From positions 35,178-99,177 of the forward strand of contig LCDG01000002.1 of NCBI GenBank assembly GCA_000998425.1: a DNA stretch of 64,000 bases. The letters are read 5' to 3'. Made by a program: the position numbers and the translations under genes. This document shows positions 45,693 through 54,610 of this stretch, piece after piece (within the stretch, counting starts at the first letter, position 1; the number at the start of each line of letters is the position of its first letter). Origin of the DNA: Candidatus Nomurabacteria bacterium GW2011_GWC2_42_20 (GTDB taxonomy: Bacteria; Patescibacteriota; Minisyncoccia; Phycocordibacterales; UBA1550). Under the pieces are notes generated by a model that was not told the DNA's origin, searched no databases, and was given only the letters and a program-made list of their open reading frames with translations.

Positions 45693-46559
45693 ATGAGACA
45701 TTCTTTCAATCTTCAAAAAAAACTACTCTTGCCTCTCTTTTCGGTGATATTTTTCTTTTCTGTTGGCACTCAGCGCGCCGATGCCCTTGTTTTTGTACCA
45801 GTTAACGACGCAGCACTAAACATAACAACTGATCTGCATGCTGGCTTCCAGGATGTAGCAAAAATGGGTCTAGACAGTGTTATGTACGCCGTAGGGCAAC
45901 AGCTGTTAACGCAGCTTACGGATAGTACAGTAAACTGGATCAAGAGTGGGTTCAATGGCAACCCGTTATATGCCATTGACCCAACAAAACTCTTCCTTGA
46001 CACAGCAAATGTTGTTTCAGGTGGGATGGCAAATCAAATCCGTGGCATAGCAACATGTAACTTCACCCCAAACTTCAACGCAAACCTTGCAAACAGAATA
46101 GAGTTATCAACACGAACTGGTGCAAACGCAAGGTTTAGCGACCAAATAACCTGCCCTTTCCCAACCAATGTAAACCCAACAGCTTTTTATAGCGACTTTA
46201 GTCAAGGGGGATGGAGTGCTTTTGAAGCATCGCTTTCTGACAGTGGCAACCCGTTTGGGGTTAACCTACTTGCTAGCCAAGAGCTTGCTCTTCGACAAGC
46301 TGAAGCACAAAGTCTAATGGACCAGAAACTAAACTGGGCGAATGGCTTTCTTTCTATGGAAGCTTGCTCCGGAACAGACCCTTACACCGGCATCCCCACA
46401 GACTGCAAAACCACAACACCTGGTAAGGTCATATCTGACACATTATCAAAAAGCATAGGCACTGATATGGACCGTATGGGCTTTGCTGACAATATGAACA
46501 AGGTCATTTCAGCGTTTGTCGCTAGCCTCACAAGTAGTGTGACTAGTGGTATATTTTAG
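45693..46559 (+). CDS. secreted protein, hypothetical (T4SS-like cluster)
   Basis: Signal peptide LLLPLFSVIFFFSVGTQRADA. Confidence 0.45.
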   Translation: MRHSFNLQKKLLLPLFSVIFFFSVGTQRADALVFVPVNDAALNITTDLHAGFQDVAKMGLDSVMYAVGQQLLTQLTDSTVNWIKSGFNGNPLYAIDPTKLFLDTANVVSGGMANQIRGIATCNFTPNFNANLANRIELSTRTGANARFSDQITCPFPTNVNPTAFYSDFSQGGWSAFEASLSDSGNPFGVNLLASQELALRQAEAQSLMDQKLNWANGFLSMEACSGTDPYTGIPTDCKTTTPGKVISDTLSKSIGTDMDRMGFADNMNKVISAFVASLTSSVTSGIF

Positions 46560-46570
46560 ATAAGAACTAA

Positions 46571-48718
46571 ATGCCTAGATCTCTACCAAAAATTATTGCA
46601 GCGATTCTTCTCGGGTTTGTTTTTCTGCTTGGTGGAGCAGAAGTGGCGTCGGCGCAGGCTCCTGTTTCTCCTGCCCTCGTAACACAGGATGCGATACTAG
46701 AAGGACTTAAATGTGGCGTTAATAACCCAATTACAAACCACAAACTCACAGATTGTGTACCTGTTTTTACTTATTATATACTATACATCCCAGCATCTTG
46801 GATGCTAGTTGGTGGTGCTTATGTTTTTGACGCTATGCTTATGTTGAGCATAGACAGCAAATTTGTTCAGCAGGATTTCATAGACACATCGTGGAAAGTT
46901 GTAAGGGATTTTTCTAATATGGCGTTCATTTTTGTGCTCTTGTACACAGGCATATCAACAATGCTCGGCACACCAGGGTGGGCAAAGACGGTTCGCAATG
47001 TCATAATAATAGCGCTTCTTATAAACTTCAGTCTTTTCTTTACCAAAGTAATAATTGACGCAGGGAATATTCTCGCTGTTGGCATATACGAAGCGATTGG
47101 CCAACCAAAGACAGCGAATGATGCTCATGTCGTTGCTGGGAAAAGTAGTTTAGACGAGAGGGATATTTCATTCAGGCTAGCTGAGAAGTTCCATCCACAG
47201 TCATTCATACGTACTACTGGTGAAATCCCTGCAATGGAGGCAACTGTTGTTTTTATTATAGCTGCCATTGTAAGTGTTTTCGCGGGATATATATTTTTTA
47301 AGGCTGCGCTTTTGTTTATCGGGCGCCTCCTTGCCTTTTGGTTTCTGATGATCATTTCTCCTTTTGCTTTCATTTCAATAACTTTTCCAAAGGGTAACAA
47401 GTTTCAAGGATGGCTAGATGCTCTCGTATCACAGGCGTTTGTGGCACCAGTATTCCTTTTTCTTGTCTACCTGATTATGCAGGTCATAAACTCAGGGGTT
47501 CTTAATGACCTAATAAATGATCCTGACTCAGCAAACACAGCAGGCTTCACTTTTGACAAGGTTCTTATGCCTGTAATTGTAGCAACGCTCATAATAATGG
47601 CGCTTAAATTCGCGTTGGAATTCTCAGAGAAAATGGCTGGGGATTTTGGTAAACTTGGAGCATCAATGGCTGGAGCAGTAATTGGTGTTGCTGGAGGGCT
47701 TGCTCTCGGGGGAACAGCTATCGCTGGGCGCGCAATTGGTGGCAAGCTTGCAGCTAAAGCATTTGAGGGTGGCACCATGCAGAAATGGGCAGCTTCTGAG
47801 AAAACTGGGCTTCTTGGCGCAGCACAACGCAACCTTGGAATGAGGGGCACAATGGCGCTCGATACAGCACGCAGCGCAAGCTGGGATGCTCGTAATGTTG
47901 GGCTAGTATCAAAAGGCATCAAATCAACAGGAGTTGATGTCGGTAAGGCTGGTGGCAAGGGCGGGTACGTACAAGGGCAAAAAGATTGGTTAAAAGAGCA
48001 AAAGAAAAAAGCAACATTGATGGAGCTTACGTCTGACGAAAAGGAGGCAATTAAAAAAGAGGCTCAAGCAAAGGTAGAAGCTGCTGGTGAAAAAACAGTG
48101 GGGGCAAAATTACTGGTAGCTGACGCCAAGGAAAAACATGATAATTCCGATGGTGCGCGCCTTGTTGCCACTCGAACAAAGCAATTGGAGGATGAGAGGA
48201 ATAAGCTGGAGGAGGCAAAAAAGAGCACGATGGCTGCTCAGGTAGCGTTTGATACAGCTAAAAACTCAGGGCGTCTTGATCCTTCACTCAAAGCTGCTAG
48301 GGATGCAGCAGAAAAAGCAGAGGAAGAAACTATGAACAGATTAAAGGAGACAGAGTCTGACCTTGCGAAGGCTACTGCAGACCATGCAAACTCAGCAACA
48401 GCCTCTGCCTTAAAAACGGTTACCGATTCTTTAACAGCAGCGCAACAAGATGAAGCAAAGGCTATTGACGCACTAAAAAATGTGGGCAATAAAATAAAAG
48501 AGGAGGACGAACGTAGACGTGGCGCTTACGGCGAACAAGTAACAACCGTACATGAGCCATTATCAATGGTATCAAAAACTGCTGAAGCTCGACGTAAAAA
48601 ATTAGTTGAGTCAATTCGCGCTGAAAAATCTGACGAAGATAAGAAAAAAGAAGAAAAGGCAAAGCTTCTAAAAGAGCTTGCCGAGGAAGTGAAAAAGAGC
48701 GGGGAGAGCGACCACTAA
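46571..48718 (+). CDS. VirB6/TrbL-like polytopic membrane protein with Gly-rich linker and long C-terminal coiled-coil
   Basis: Signal/TM start, at least 6 predicted TM helices in the first ~380 aa, then a hydrophilic K/E/A-rich tail. Confidence 0.5.
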   Translation: MPRSLPKIIAAILLGFVFLLGGAEVASAQAPVSPALVTQDAILEGLKCGVNNPITNHKLTDCVPVFTYYILYIPASWMLVGGAYVFDAMLMLSIDSKFVQQDFIDTSWKVVRDFSNMAFIFVLLYTGISTMLGTPGWAKTVRNVIIIALLINFSLFFTKVIIDAGNILAVGIYEAIGQPKTANDAHVVAGKSSLDERDISFRLAEKFHPQSFIRTTGEIPAMEATVVFIIAAIVSVFAGYIFFKAALLFIGRLLAFWFLMIISPFAFISITFPKGNKFQGWLDALVSQAFVAPVFLFLVYLIMQVINSGVLNDLINDPDSANTAGFTFDKVLMPVIVATLIIMALKFALEFSEKMAGDFGKLGASMAGAVIGVAGGLALGGTAIAGRAIGGKLAAKAFEGGTMQKWAASEKTGLLGAAQRNLGMRGTMALDTARSASWDARNVGLVSKGIKSTGVDVGKAGGKGGYVQGQKDWLKEQKKKATLMELTSDEKEAIKKEAQAKVEAAGEKTVGAKLLVADAKEKHDNSDGARLVATRTKQLEDERNKLEEAKKSTMAAQVAFDTAKNSGRLDPSLKAARDAAEKAEEETMNRLKETESDLAKATADHANSATASALKTVTDSLTAAQQDEAKAIDALKNVGNKIKEEDERRRGAYGEQVTTVHEPLSMVSKTAEARRKKLVESIRAEKSDEDKKKEEKAKLLKELAEEVKKSGESDH

Positions 48719-48726
48719 TATAAAAT

Positions 48727-49413
48727 ATGGACAACGAAACAACGCAAATTTTTATGGAACAACTAGGTAAACTACCGAGCACGGTTGTCGATTTCATTTC
48801 ATCTTCAAGTTGGGATGCTGATCTAGACGAAATAGGGTCTATGTATAACCTGCATGAGGAAGATCTTGTTAAGTTTAAACAGGAAGTAACTCTTGTACTT
48901 GCTGGACTAATACACCCAGATGAGTTTCGTGGCACACTAGAGCAAGAGGTTGGTTTACAAGGAGCTGTACTCGACGCGATAGTCAGTGCTACAGAAGAAA
49001 AAATCTTTGCGCAGGTTCGCCCCGCACTCATGGAGTTTTTTGAACAGGAGTCAAGCCAGTATGAAAGTCAAACGGAAGAATTACAAACTGCCCAGCCTGC
49101 ACAAGAAATCCCAAGAGCCCCGCAACGAGTATGGGAAAAAGAGCCTGATATCGTCCCAGACAACCTACCAACCGATGAAGAACCGGAGTCATTCCTCCCA
49201 CCAATTCCTCCAAAGGCACCAAAGGCGGAAGCCGATATTCCAAGCTGGGACATCACACCAGCACACCCATTTGAAGAAAAAATGAAAAAGGTATTTACCG
49301 CAGGGCAACAGTCTATGGGGGATCTAACGATAGAGCCTGCCACACCACAGGTCGCACCACCAGACACTACGCGCACATACCACGCAGACCCATACAGAGA
49401 GCCGATAGAGTAG
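48727..49413 (+). CDS. acidic Pro-rich protein, hypothetical
   Basis: 228 aa, pI acidic, PxxP-rich C-terminus. Confidence 0.4.
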   Translation: MDNETTQIFMEQLGKLPSTVVDFISSSSWDADLDEIGSMYNLHEEDLVKFKQEVTLVLAGLIHPDEFRGTLEQEVGLQGAVLDAIVSATEEKIFAQVRPALMEFFEQESSQYESQTEELQTAQPAQEIPRAPQRVWEKEPDIVPDNLPTDEEPESFLPPIPPKAPKAEADIPSWDITPAHPFEEKMKKVFTAGQQSMGDLTIEPATPQVAPPDTTRTYHADPYREPIE

Positions 49414-49586
49414 AATGTGGAATATGGAATTTTGAATATTGAATAGTGGGCACGGATTCCTGTATTAATTTTGGTGTTCATATTCCGCACAATACGGTAT
49501 AATATTTAGGTGGATAAAGAATATTTATTTAGATTATTCCAAAATTCATGAATTAGCAAATTCACGCCTGGCGCTATTCTACCCTT

Positions 49587-50042
49587 ATGCAATTTCATAT
49601 TCCTCAATACATCGACATAGAAGATAAGCTCTTTGGCCCACTCACACTCAAACAGGCTGTCTATGTCGCTGGCGGTCTCGGTGGGGCGTATCTTGTTTAC
49701 CGTATTATTCCATATACGGTGATAAAGGGTCCAATTATTTTGGGTATCGCGGGACTCACGTGGGCTCTGGCTTTTTACCCAAAAGAAAAGCTTGGTAAAC
49801 CTTTTATCGAGATCCTTGAAGCAGCTTTCAACTACATGGTGCGTGACAAACTTTACACCTGGAAAAAGACCACAAAAGAAGCCACCGCTGGGAAAGAAGA
49901 GGATTTCATTAAGTCGCAGTCTTTTTCCACGCCAACTGTTCCAACAGGAAAACTGTCTAGCACCTCATTCAACCTTGATGTGCGCGGAAAAGAAGAACCC
50001 GAAGAAAAAGTATTGGGAGGAGATGATACAATATTCAAATAA
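49587..50042 (+). CDS. VirB3/PrgI-like two-helix membrane protein
   Basis: MQFHIPQYIDIEDKLFGPLTLKQAVYVAGGLGGAYLV...IILGIAGLTWALAF. Sits immediately upstream of the VirB4-like ORFs. Confidence 0.5.
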   Translation: MQFHIPQYIDIEDKLFGPLTLKQAVYVAGGLGGAYLVYRIIPYTVIKGPIILGIAGLTWALAFYPKEKLGKPFIEILEAAFNYMVRDKLYTWKKTTKEATAGKEEDFIKSQSFSTPTVPTGKLSSTSFNLDVRGKEEPEEKVLGGDDTIFK

Positions 50043-50047
50043 TTAAT

Positions 50048-50704
50048 ATGGCAGTCAAATCAAAAGCAGCACAAGATTTTGTTCCAATCAAGGAAATTCG
50101 CGACGGTGTCGTGATTTTAAAAGACGGAACCATCCGTATGCTTCTCATGGCATCGTCGGTCAACCTAGCGCTTAAATCAGCAGACGAGCAACAGGCTGTT
50201 TTAATGCAATTTCAAAGTTTTCTAAACTCTCTTGAATTTTCAACACAAATTTTCATCCAATCACGCAGGCTAGACATTCGTCCATATATCATTCTGCTTG
50301 AGGAGCGTCTCAAGGAAGAGGTGAACGAGCTTCTAAAAATTCAGATTCGCGAATACATGGGCTTTGTGCAGACCATCGCGCAGTCGACAAACATTATGAG
50401 CAAACTTTTCATTATTGTTGTCCCTTATGCGCCGCCGAAATCTGTCACAAGTAGCTCTCCATCAAGTAGTGGCTTTACAGGACTCTTTGGTAAAAAAGGT
50501 CCTGTAAACACTAAGCCGTCCCAAAGCGCAATTGAAGCCTTCGAGGAAGCTCGAACACAGCTTGAGCAAAGGGCTGGTGTCATTAGTCACGGGCTTGCGC
50601 GTACTGGGGTACGCATAGTCCCGCTTGGCACTGAGGAGCTAACAGAACTCTATTACCGCCTTTTTAATCCAGGGGAGTCAGAGAAGAACGCAAACATTGG
50701 ATAG
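50048..50704 (+). CDS. VirB4-like N-terminal domain encoded as a separate ORF
   Basis: ...DFVPIKEIRDGVVILKDGTIRMLLMASSVNLALKS... resembles the N-terminus of Gram-positive VirB4/TraE/TcpF ATPases. Stops 17 nt before the ATPase ORF, which is in a different frame. Confidence 0.5.
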   Translation: MAVKSKAAQDFVPIKEIRDGVVILKDGTIRMLLMASSVNLALKSADEQQAVLMQFQSFLNSLEFSTQIFIQSRRLDIRPYIILLEERLKEEVNELLKIQIREYMGFVQTIAQSTNIMSKLFIIVVPYAPPKSVTSSSPSSSGFTGLFGKKGPVNTKPSQSAIEAFEEARTQLEQRAGVISHGLARTGVRIVPLGTEELTELYYRLFNPGESEKNANIG

Positions 50705-50720
50705 CTTTTAGCACACTATT

Positions 50721-52556
50721 ATGATCAATTTTTTTGGAAAAACACAAGCCACACAAACTGACACGAGTAAAAACTCCGTGCCAGTACTACCGCAAGATCT
50801 TTACGCGGATGCAGGTCTAAACCTAGCAGATATTATCGCACCATCTGCTGTAAAAGTAGAATCGAAACAGCTAATTTTGGGTGAAAAATTTGTGCGCTCA
50901 TTTTTCATTACCTCATACCCTAGTGTTGTTTCTGACAACTGGCTTTCTCCTCTCATAAATCTAGATAAAGTTTTTGATATTGCAATATATATTCACCCAG
51001 TCGACACTGCGGCGATTATGAAAAAATTTGAGAAGAAGGTTGCTGAAGTACAAAGCCAGATCAATGTGCGCGAAAGTAAGGGTTTTGTGCGCGACCCAAT
51101 GCTCGAGTCAGCATATCGTGACCTCGAGGAGCTCCGCGACCGCCTCCAGCAGGCACAGGAAAAAATGTTTGATGTTGGCCTTTATTTATCACTCTACGCC
51201 GATACAGAAGAAGGGCTTGGTCATGCAGAAGCGGAAATCAAATCGATGCTCGAGTCGCGTCTCATCTATGTGCGCCCAGCTCTATTCCAGCAAGAAGAAG
51301 CTTTCCAAAGTATTATCCCCGTGAACGAAGACAAAATCGTGGTTACAAAAAAAATCAACTCTGAACCACTTTCGAGCTTCTTCCCATTTGTGTCCTTCGA
51401 CCTTACCTCAGACAAGGGTATTCTGTATGGGATAAATCGCCACAATTCTTCTCTTGTCCTTTTTGACCGTTTCTCTCTAGAGAATTACAATTCGGTTACT
51501 TTCGCAAAATCCGGCTCTGGAAAATCTTTTGCCACCAAGCTAGAAATATTAAGGAGTCTGATGTTTGATGTTGATGTTATTGTTATTGACCCTGAGCGCG
51601 AATATGAATCTATGGCAGAGGCGGTGGGCGGGCGATATTTTAATATTTCTCTCAATTCCAAGCACCACATAAATCCATTTGACCTTCCTGTCCCACGTGA
51701 GGACGAGTCGCCAGCAGACGTCCTCCGAGCTAATATAATTTCCCTTGTTGGGCTTTTTCGCCTCATGCTATCTGGGCTTACCCCAGAGGAAGATTCTATT
51801 GTAGACCGCGCGATCGCTGAGACATACGCGCTCAAAGATATTACCCCTGACTCCGACTTTTCTGCAATCGAACCACCACTGCTCTCAGACTTTGAAATGG
51901 TCCTCTCTGGGATGGAAGGCGCGGAGTCAATCCTAACAAAACTCACAAAATACACTCGTGGCTCGTGGGCAGGGTTTATCAACCAGCCGTCAAACGTTGA
52001 CATAAACCGAAAATTTATCGTTTTTTCAGTGCGTGATATGGAGGACGACCTGAAGCCAGTTGCAATGTATCTAGTTACGCACTTTATTTGGAATGCTGTT
52101 CGTCGCACTCTCCGCAAACGACTTCTCGTAGTAGATGAAGCGTGGTGGATGATGAAGTCTGACGATACTGCCGCATTTCTATACGCTCTTGCAAAGAGAG
52201 GCCGCAAATACTACCTCGGTATTTCTACAATCACCCAAGATGTAACAGACTTCCTAAAATCCCCATATGGTCTGCCTATTATGACCAACTCTTCCATCCA
52301 AATACTTTTAAAACAATCTCCTACATCTATTGACGCGGTCCAAAAAGCATTCAATCTAACGGACGAAGAAAAATTCCTCCTTCTGGAGTCTGGTGTTGGG
52401 GAAGGGATCTTTTTCGCAGGAATGAAACATGTTGCTATCCGAACAATAGCATCCTACACAGAGGAGCAGATTATTACGTCGGACCCGTCACAAATTCTCG
52501 CTATTAAAAAGGCAAAGCGTGAACTTGCTGAAGCAGAGGCAAAAACAGGTCTATAG
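50721..52556 (+). CDS. VirB4/TrbE-like type IV secretion ATPase (C-terminal ATPase domain)
   Basis: Walker A FAKSGSGKSF, Walker B LLVVDEAWWMM, C-terminal ...GISTITQDVTDF. Confidence 0.8.
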   Translation: MINFFGKTQATQTDTSKNSVPVLPQDLYADAGLNLADIIAPSAVKVESKQLILGEKFVRSFFITSYPSVVSDNWLSPLINLDKVFDIAIYIHPVDTAAIMKKFEKKVAEVQSQINVRESKGFVRDPMLESAYRDLEELRDRLQQAQEKMFDVGLYLSLYADTEEGLGHAEAEIKSMLESRLIYVRPALFQQEEAFQSIIPVNEDKIVVTKKINSEPLSSFFPFVSFDLTSDKGILYGINRHNSSLVLFDRFSLENYNSVTFAKSGSGKSFATKLEILRSLMFDVDVIVIDPEREYESMAEAVGGRYFNISLNSKHHINPFDLPVPREDESPADVLRANIISLVGLFRLMLSGLTPEEDSIVDRAIAETYALKDITPDSDFSAIEPPLLSDFEMVLSGMEGAESILTKLTKYTRGSWAGFINQPSNVDINRKFIVFSVRDMEDDLKPVAMYLVTHFIWNAVRRTLRKRLLVVDEAWWMMKSDDTAAFLYALAKRGRKYYLGISTITQDVTDFLKSPYGLPIMTNSSIQILLKQSPTSIDAVQKAFNLTDEEKFLLLESGVGEGIFFAGMKHVAIRTIASYTEEQIITSDPSQILAIKKAKRELAEAEAKTGL

Positions 52557-52573
52557 ATACTTGTGTAGATTAT

Positions 52574-53749
52574 TTGATGTGCAAATTTGTTGGACTTCCA
52601 GCTGGTGTTCGCGGTATACTAAGTCATATGTATTCAATGCGTAGTGTTGCACTAAGCGCTCTTTTAGGTGGTTTTATTTTTACGCCGTTATTTGCCTTTG
52701 CTCAAACATCCACAACAACAGCAGAGCAGCCTGTGAGCCAGCTTCAACAACAGATAGACCAGCTTATTCGTGATCGCATGAATTCCATGCCAACGACAGA
52801 GGAGATTCGCGCAAGCTCTATTCGTAATTACCTAGAGGTAAAAACGATTCCAGAAACCCCTGGGCCATCAGAAATGGTGCGCGTTTCTATCGAGAGCTAC
52901 CTCACCGACCTTAACAAGGCCACAATAAGCTGGTCTCTCAACGGGAAGGTTGTTGATCGTGGAGTTGGTAGAAAATCATTTTCTTTTCAGAACGGTCCTT
53001 CCGGTAAAACCACCCGCTTAACCATCTCGATTACAACAAATGCTGGTGAATATATAACGAAGGAATTTTCTTGGAATCCTGTCGGCCTCACAATTCTTTG
53101 GGAAGCAGACACATACACGCCTCCTTTTTATAAAGGAAAGGCTCTACTGACCGCACAAGCAAACGTAAAAGCTGTTGCAATCCCTGACAATACCGATGGG
53201 CAAAACGCTCTAAGTGCTGGAAATTTTGTATATGTTTGGGAAAAGGATGGTGTGGTGGTATCCGAATCTTCTGGCTATGGAAAAAACTTTTTTTCATTTA
53301 CAGCACCAAAACCTTACGGGGACGCGAAAGTAAAAGTTAAAGCTTCTTCAGTAAACAACTCAATAAACTCCGAGACTCGAGTTAATCTTTCCCTTTCCCA
53401 GCCAGTTATTTTATTCTATGAAAAAAACCCCCTATTAGGTGTTTTGTACAATCAACCATTTGGCACAGAAACAACATTGAATAAAAAGGAATTTACTGTC
53501 GTTGCGGAGCCATATTTCTTTTCAAGAGAAGCGAGTGAGACGCCAGCTTTCAAATATGACTGGGCTGTCAACAACAAAGCAACTCAGAGTTACGGTCGAT
53601 CAATAACACTTAGAAATGACACTGGTGTAAAAGGAGAGTCTGCCATTTCTCTATCAATGCGTGGACTTAAACAAACCTTTCAAAATGCGAGCAAAGAACT
53701 TAGGGTTCAATTTACTGGCGGAGAGACCTCAGACCGTCCGATATTTTAA
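52574..53749 (+). CDS. secreted beta-rich protein, hypothetical (T4SS-like cluster)
   Basis: Signal peptide ...FTPLFAFAQTST. Confidence 0.45.
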   Translation: MMCKFVGLPAGVRGILSHMYSMRSVALSALLGGFIFTPLFAFAQTSTTTAEQPVSQLQQQIDQLIRDRMNSMPTTEEIRASSIRNYLEVKTIPETPGPSEMVRVSIESYLTDLNKATISWSLNGKVVDRGVGRKSFSFQNGPSGKTTRLTISITTNAGEYITKEFSWNPVGLTILWEADTYTPPFYKGKALLTAQANVKAVAIPDNTDGQNALSAGNFVYVWEKDGVVVSESSGYGKNFFSFTAPKPYGDAKVKVKASSVNNSINSETRVNLSLSQPVILFYEKNPLLGVLYNQPFGTETTLNKKEFTVVAEPYFFSREASETPAFKYDWAVNNKATQSYGRSITLRNDTGVKGESAISLSMRGLKQTFQNASKELRVQFTGGETSDRPIF

Positions 53750-53755
53750 ACTACC

Positions 53756-54601
53756 ATGAAATACGTATTATCAATTTTTATTGGAATCATCTTTACAACT
53801 CTCTTTGGAGTATTTGTCGCCCACGCCCAAAACTACACCCCACTGGCGCCACTCCCACTTGGTGAAGGCGGTACACCACTTACTACTTACACAATTAGCT
53901 CATACCTCGGTGGGATGCTCAAGCTACTCATCGCTCTCGGTGCGGGAGTCTCGATACTTGTTGCTATCATTGGTGGCACTCAATACGTTGCTGCGGGTAT
54001 AGCTCCTAGCGCAAAACAGGACGCAAAGGAGCGTATTTTGAACGCACTAATTGGGCTTACTCTCGTTTTGACGTCATATCTCATTTTAAACTCTATCAAC
54101 CCAGGCCTGGTGCAGTTTAATTTTAGCTTACCTCCAATAGGGACAAGTCCGATGGCTACGACGACGCCCATAGTAGCAGAACCATGGCCAGACGATGCCT
54201 CAGAGCGCGCGCAGCTTGCAAGTAAAAATATTATGGTCACGGGAACAAAGACATCTACAACTTGCAAAACAATATGGGAAAAAGGGTGCACAAGTGTTTA
54301 TCAATTAGGGTCAGGTGCGATAAGTGGTCTTTTATCCCTAAAAGATTCGTGTTTGAGTTGTGCTATTGTTGTTACAGGTGGTACTGAATATTGGAGCCAT
54401 AGCGTGAACACAGCACATAGGCCAGGAAACTCGGTGGTTGACATTGATAATGGCAGTTCCGCACTTAACCAAAAAATTAGGTCCGGGACATCTCTAGGTG
54501 TTCAGTCCTCATGCAGTAGTCTTGGTGTTGCATATCGGCTTACTGGTCCAGGAGCGGGTCTATATGTGGACGAGGGAAACCACTGGCATGTTTGTTACTA
54601 A
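53756..54601 (+). CDS. VirB2/TrbC-like pilin module fused to a Cys-containing C-terminal domain (paralog of 43174..44784)
   Basis: aa 49-132 are identical to the other copy. The underlying DNA is about 93% identical in inverted orientation. Confidence 0.5.
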   Translation: MKYVLSIFIGIIFTTLFGVFVAHAQNYTPLAPLPLGEGGTPLTTYTISSYLGGMLKLLIALGAGVSILVAIIGGTQYVAAGIAPSAKQDAKERILNALIGLTLVLTSYLILNSINPGLVQFNFSLPPIGTSPMATTTPIVAEPWPDDASERAQLASKNIMVTGTKTSTTCKTIWEKGCTSVYQLGSGAISGLLSLKDSCLSCAIVVTGGTEYWSHSVNTAHRPGNSVVDIDNGSSALNQKIRSGTSLGVQSSCSSLGVAYRLTGPGAGLYVDEGNHWHVCY

Positions 54602-54610
54602 AATACAATT

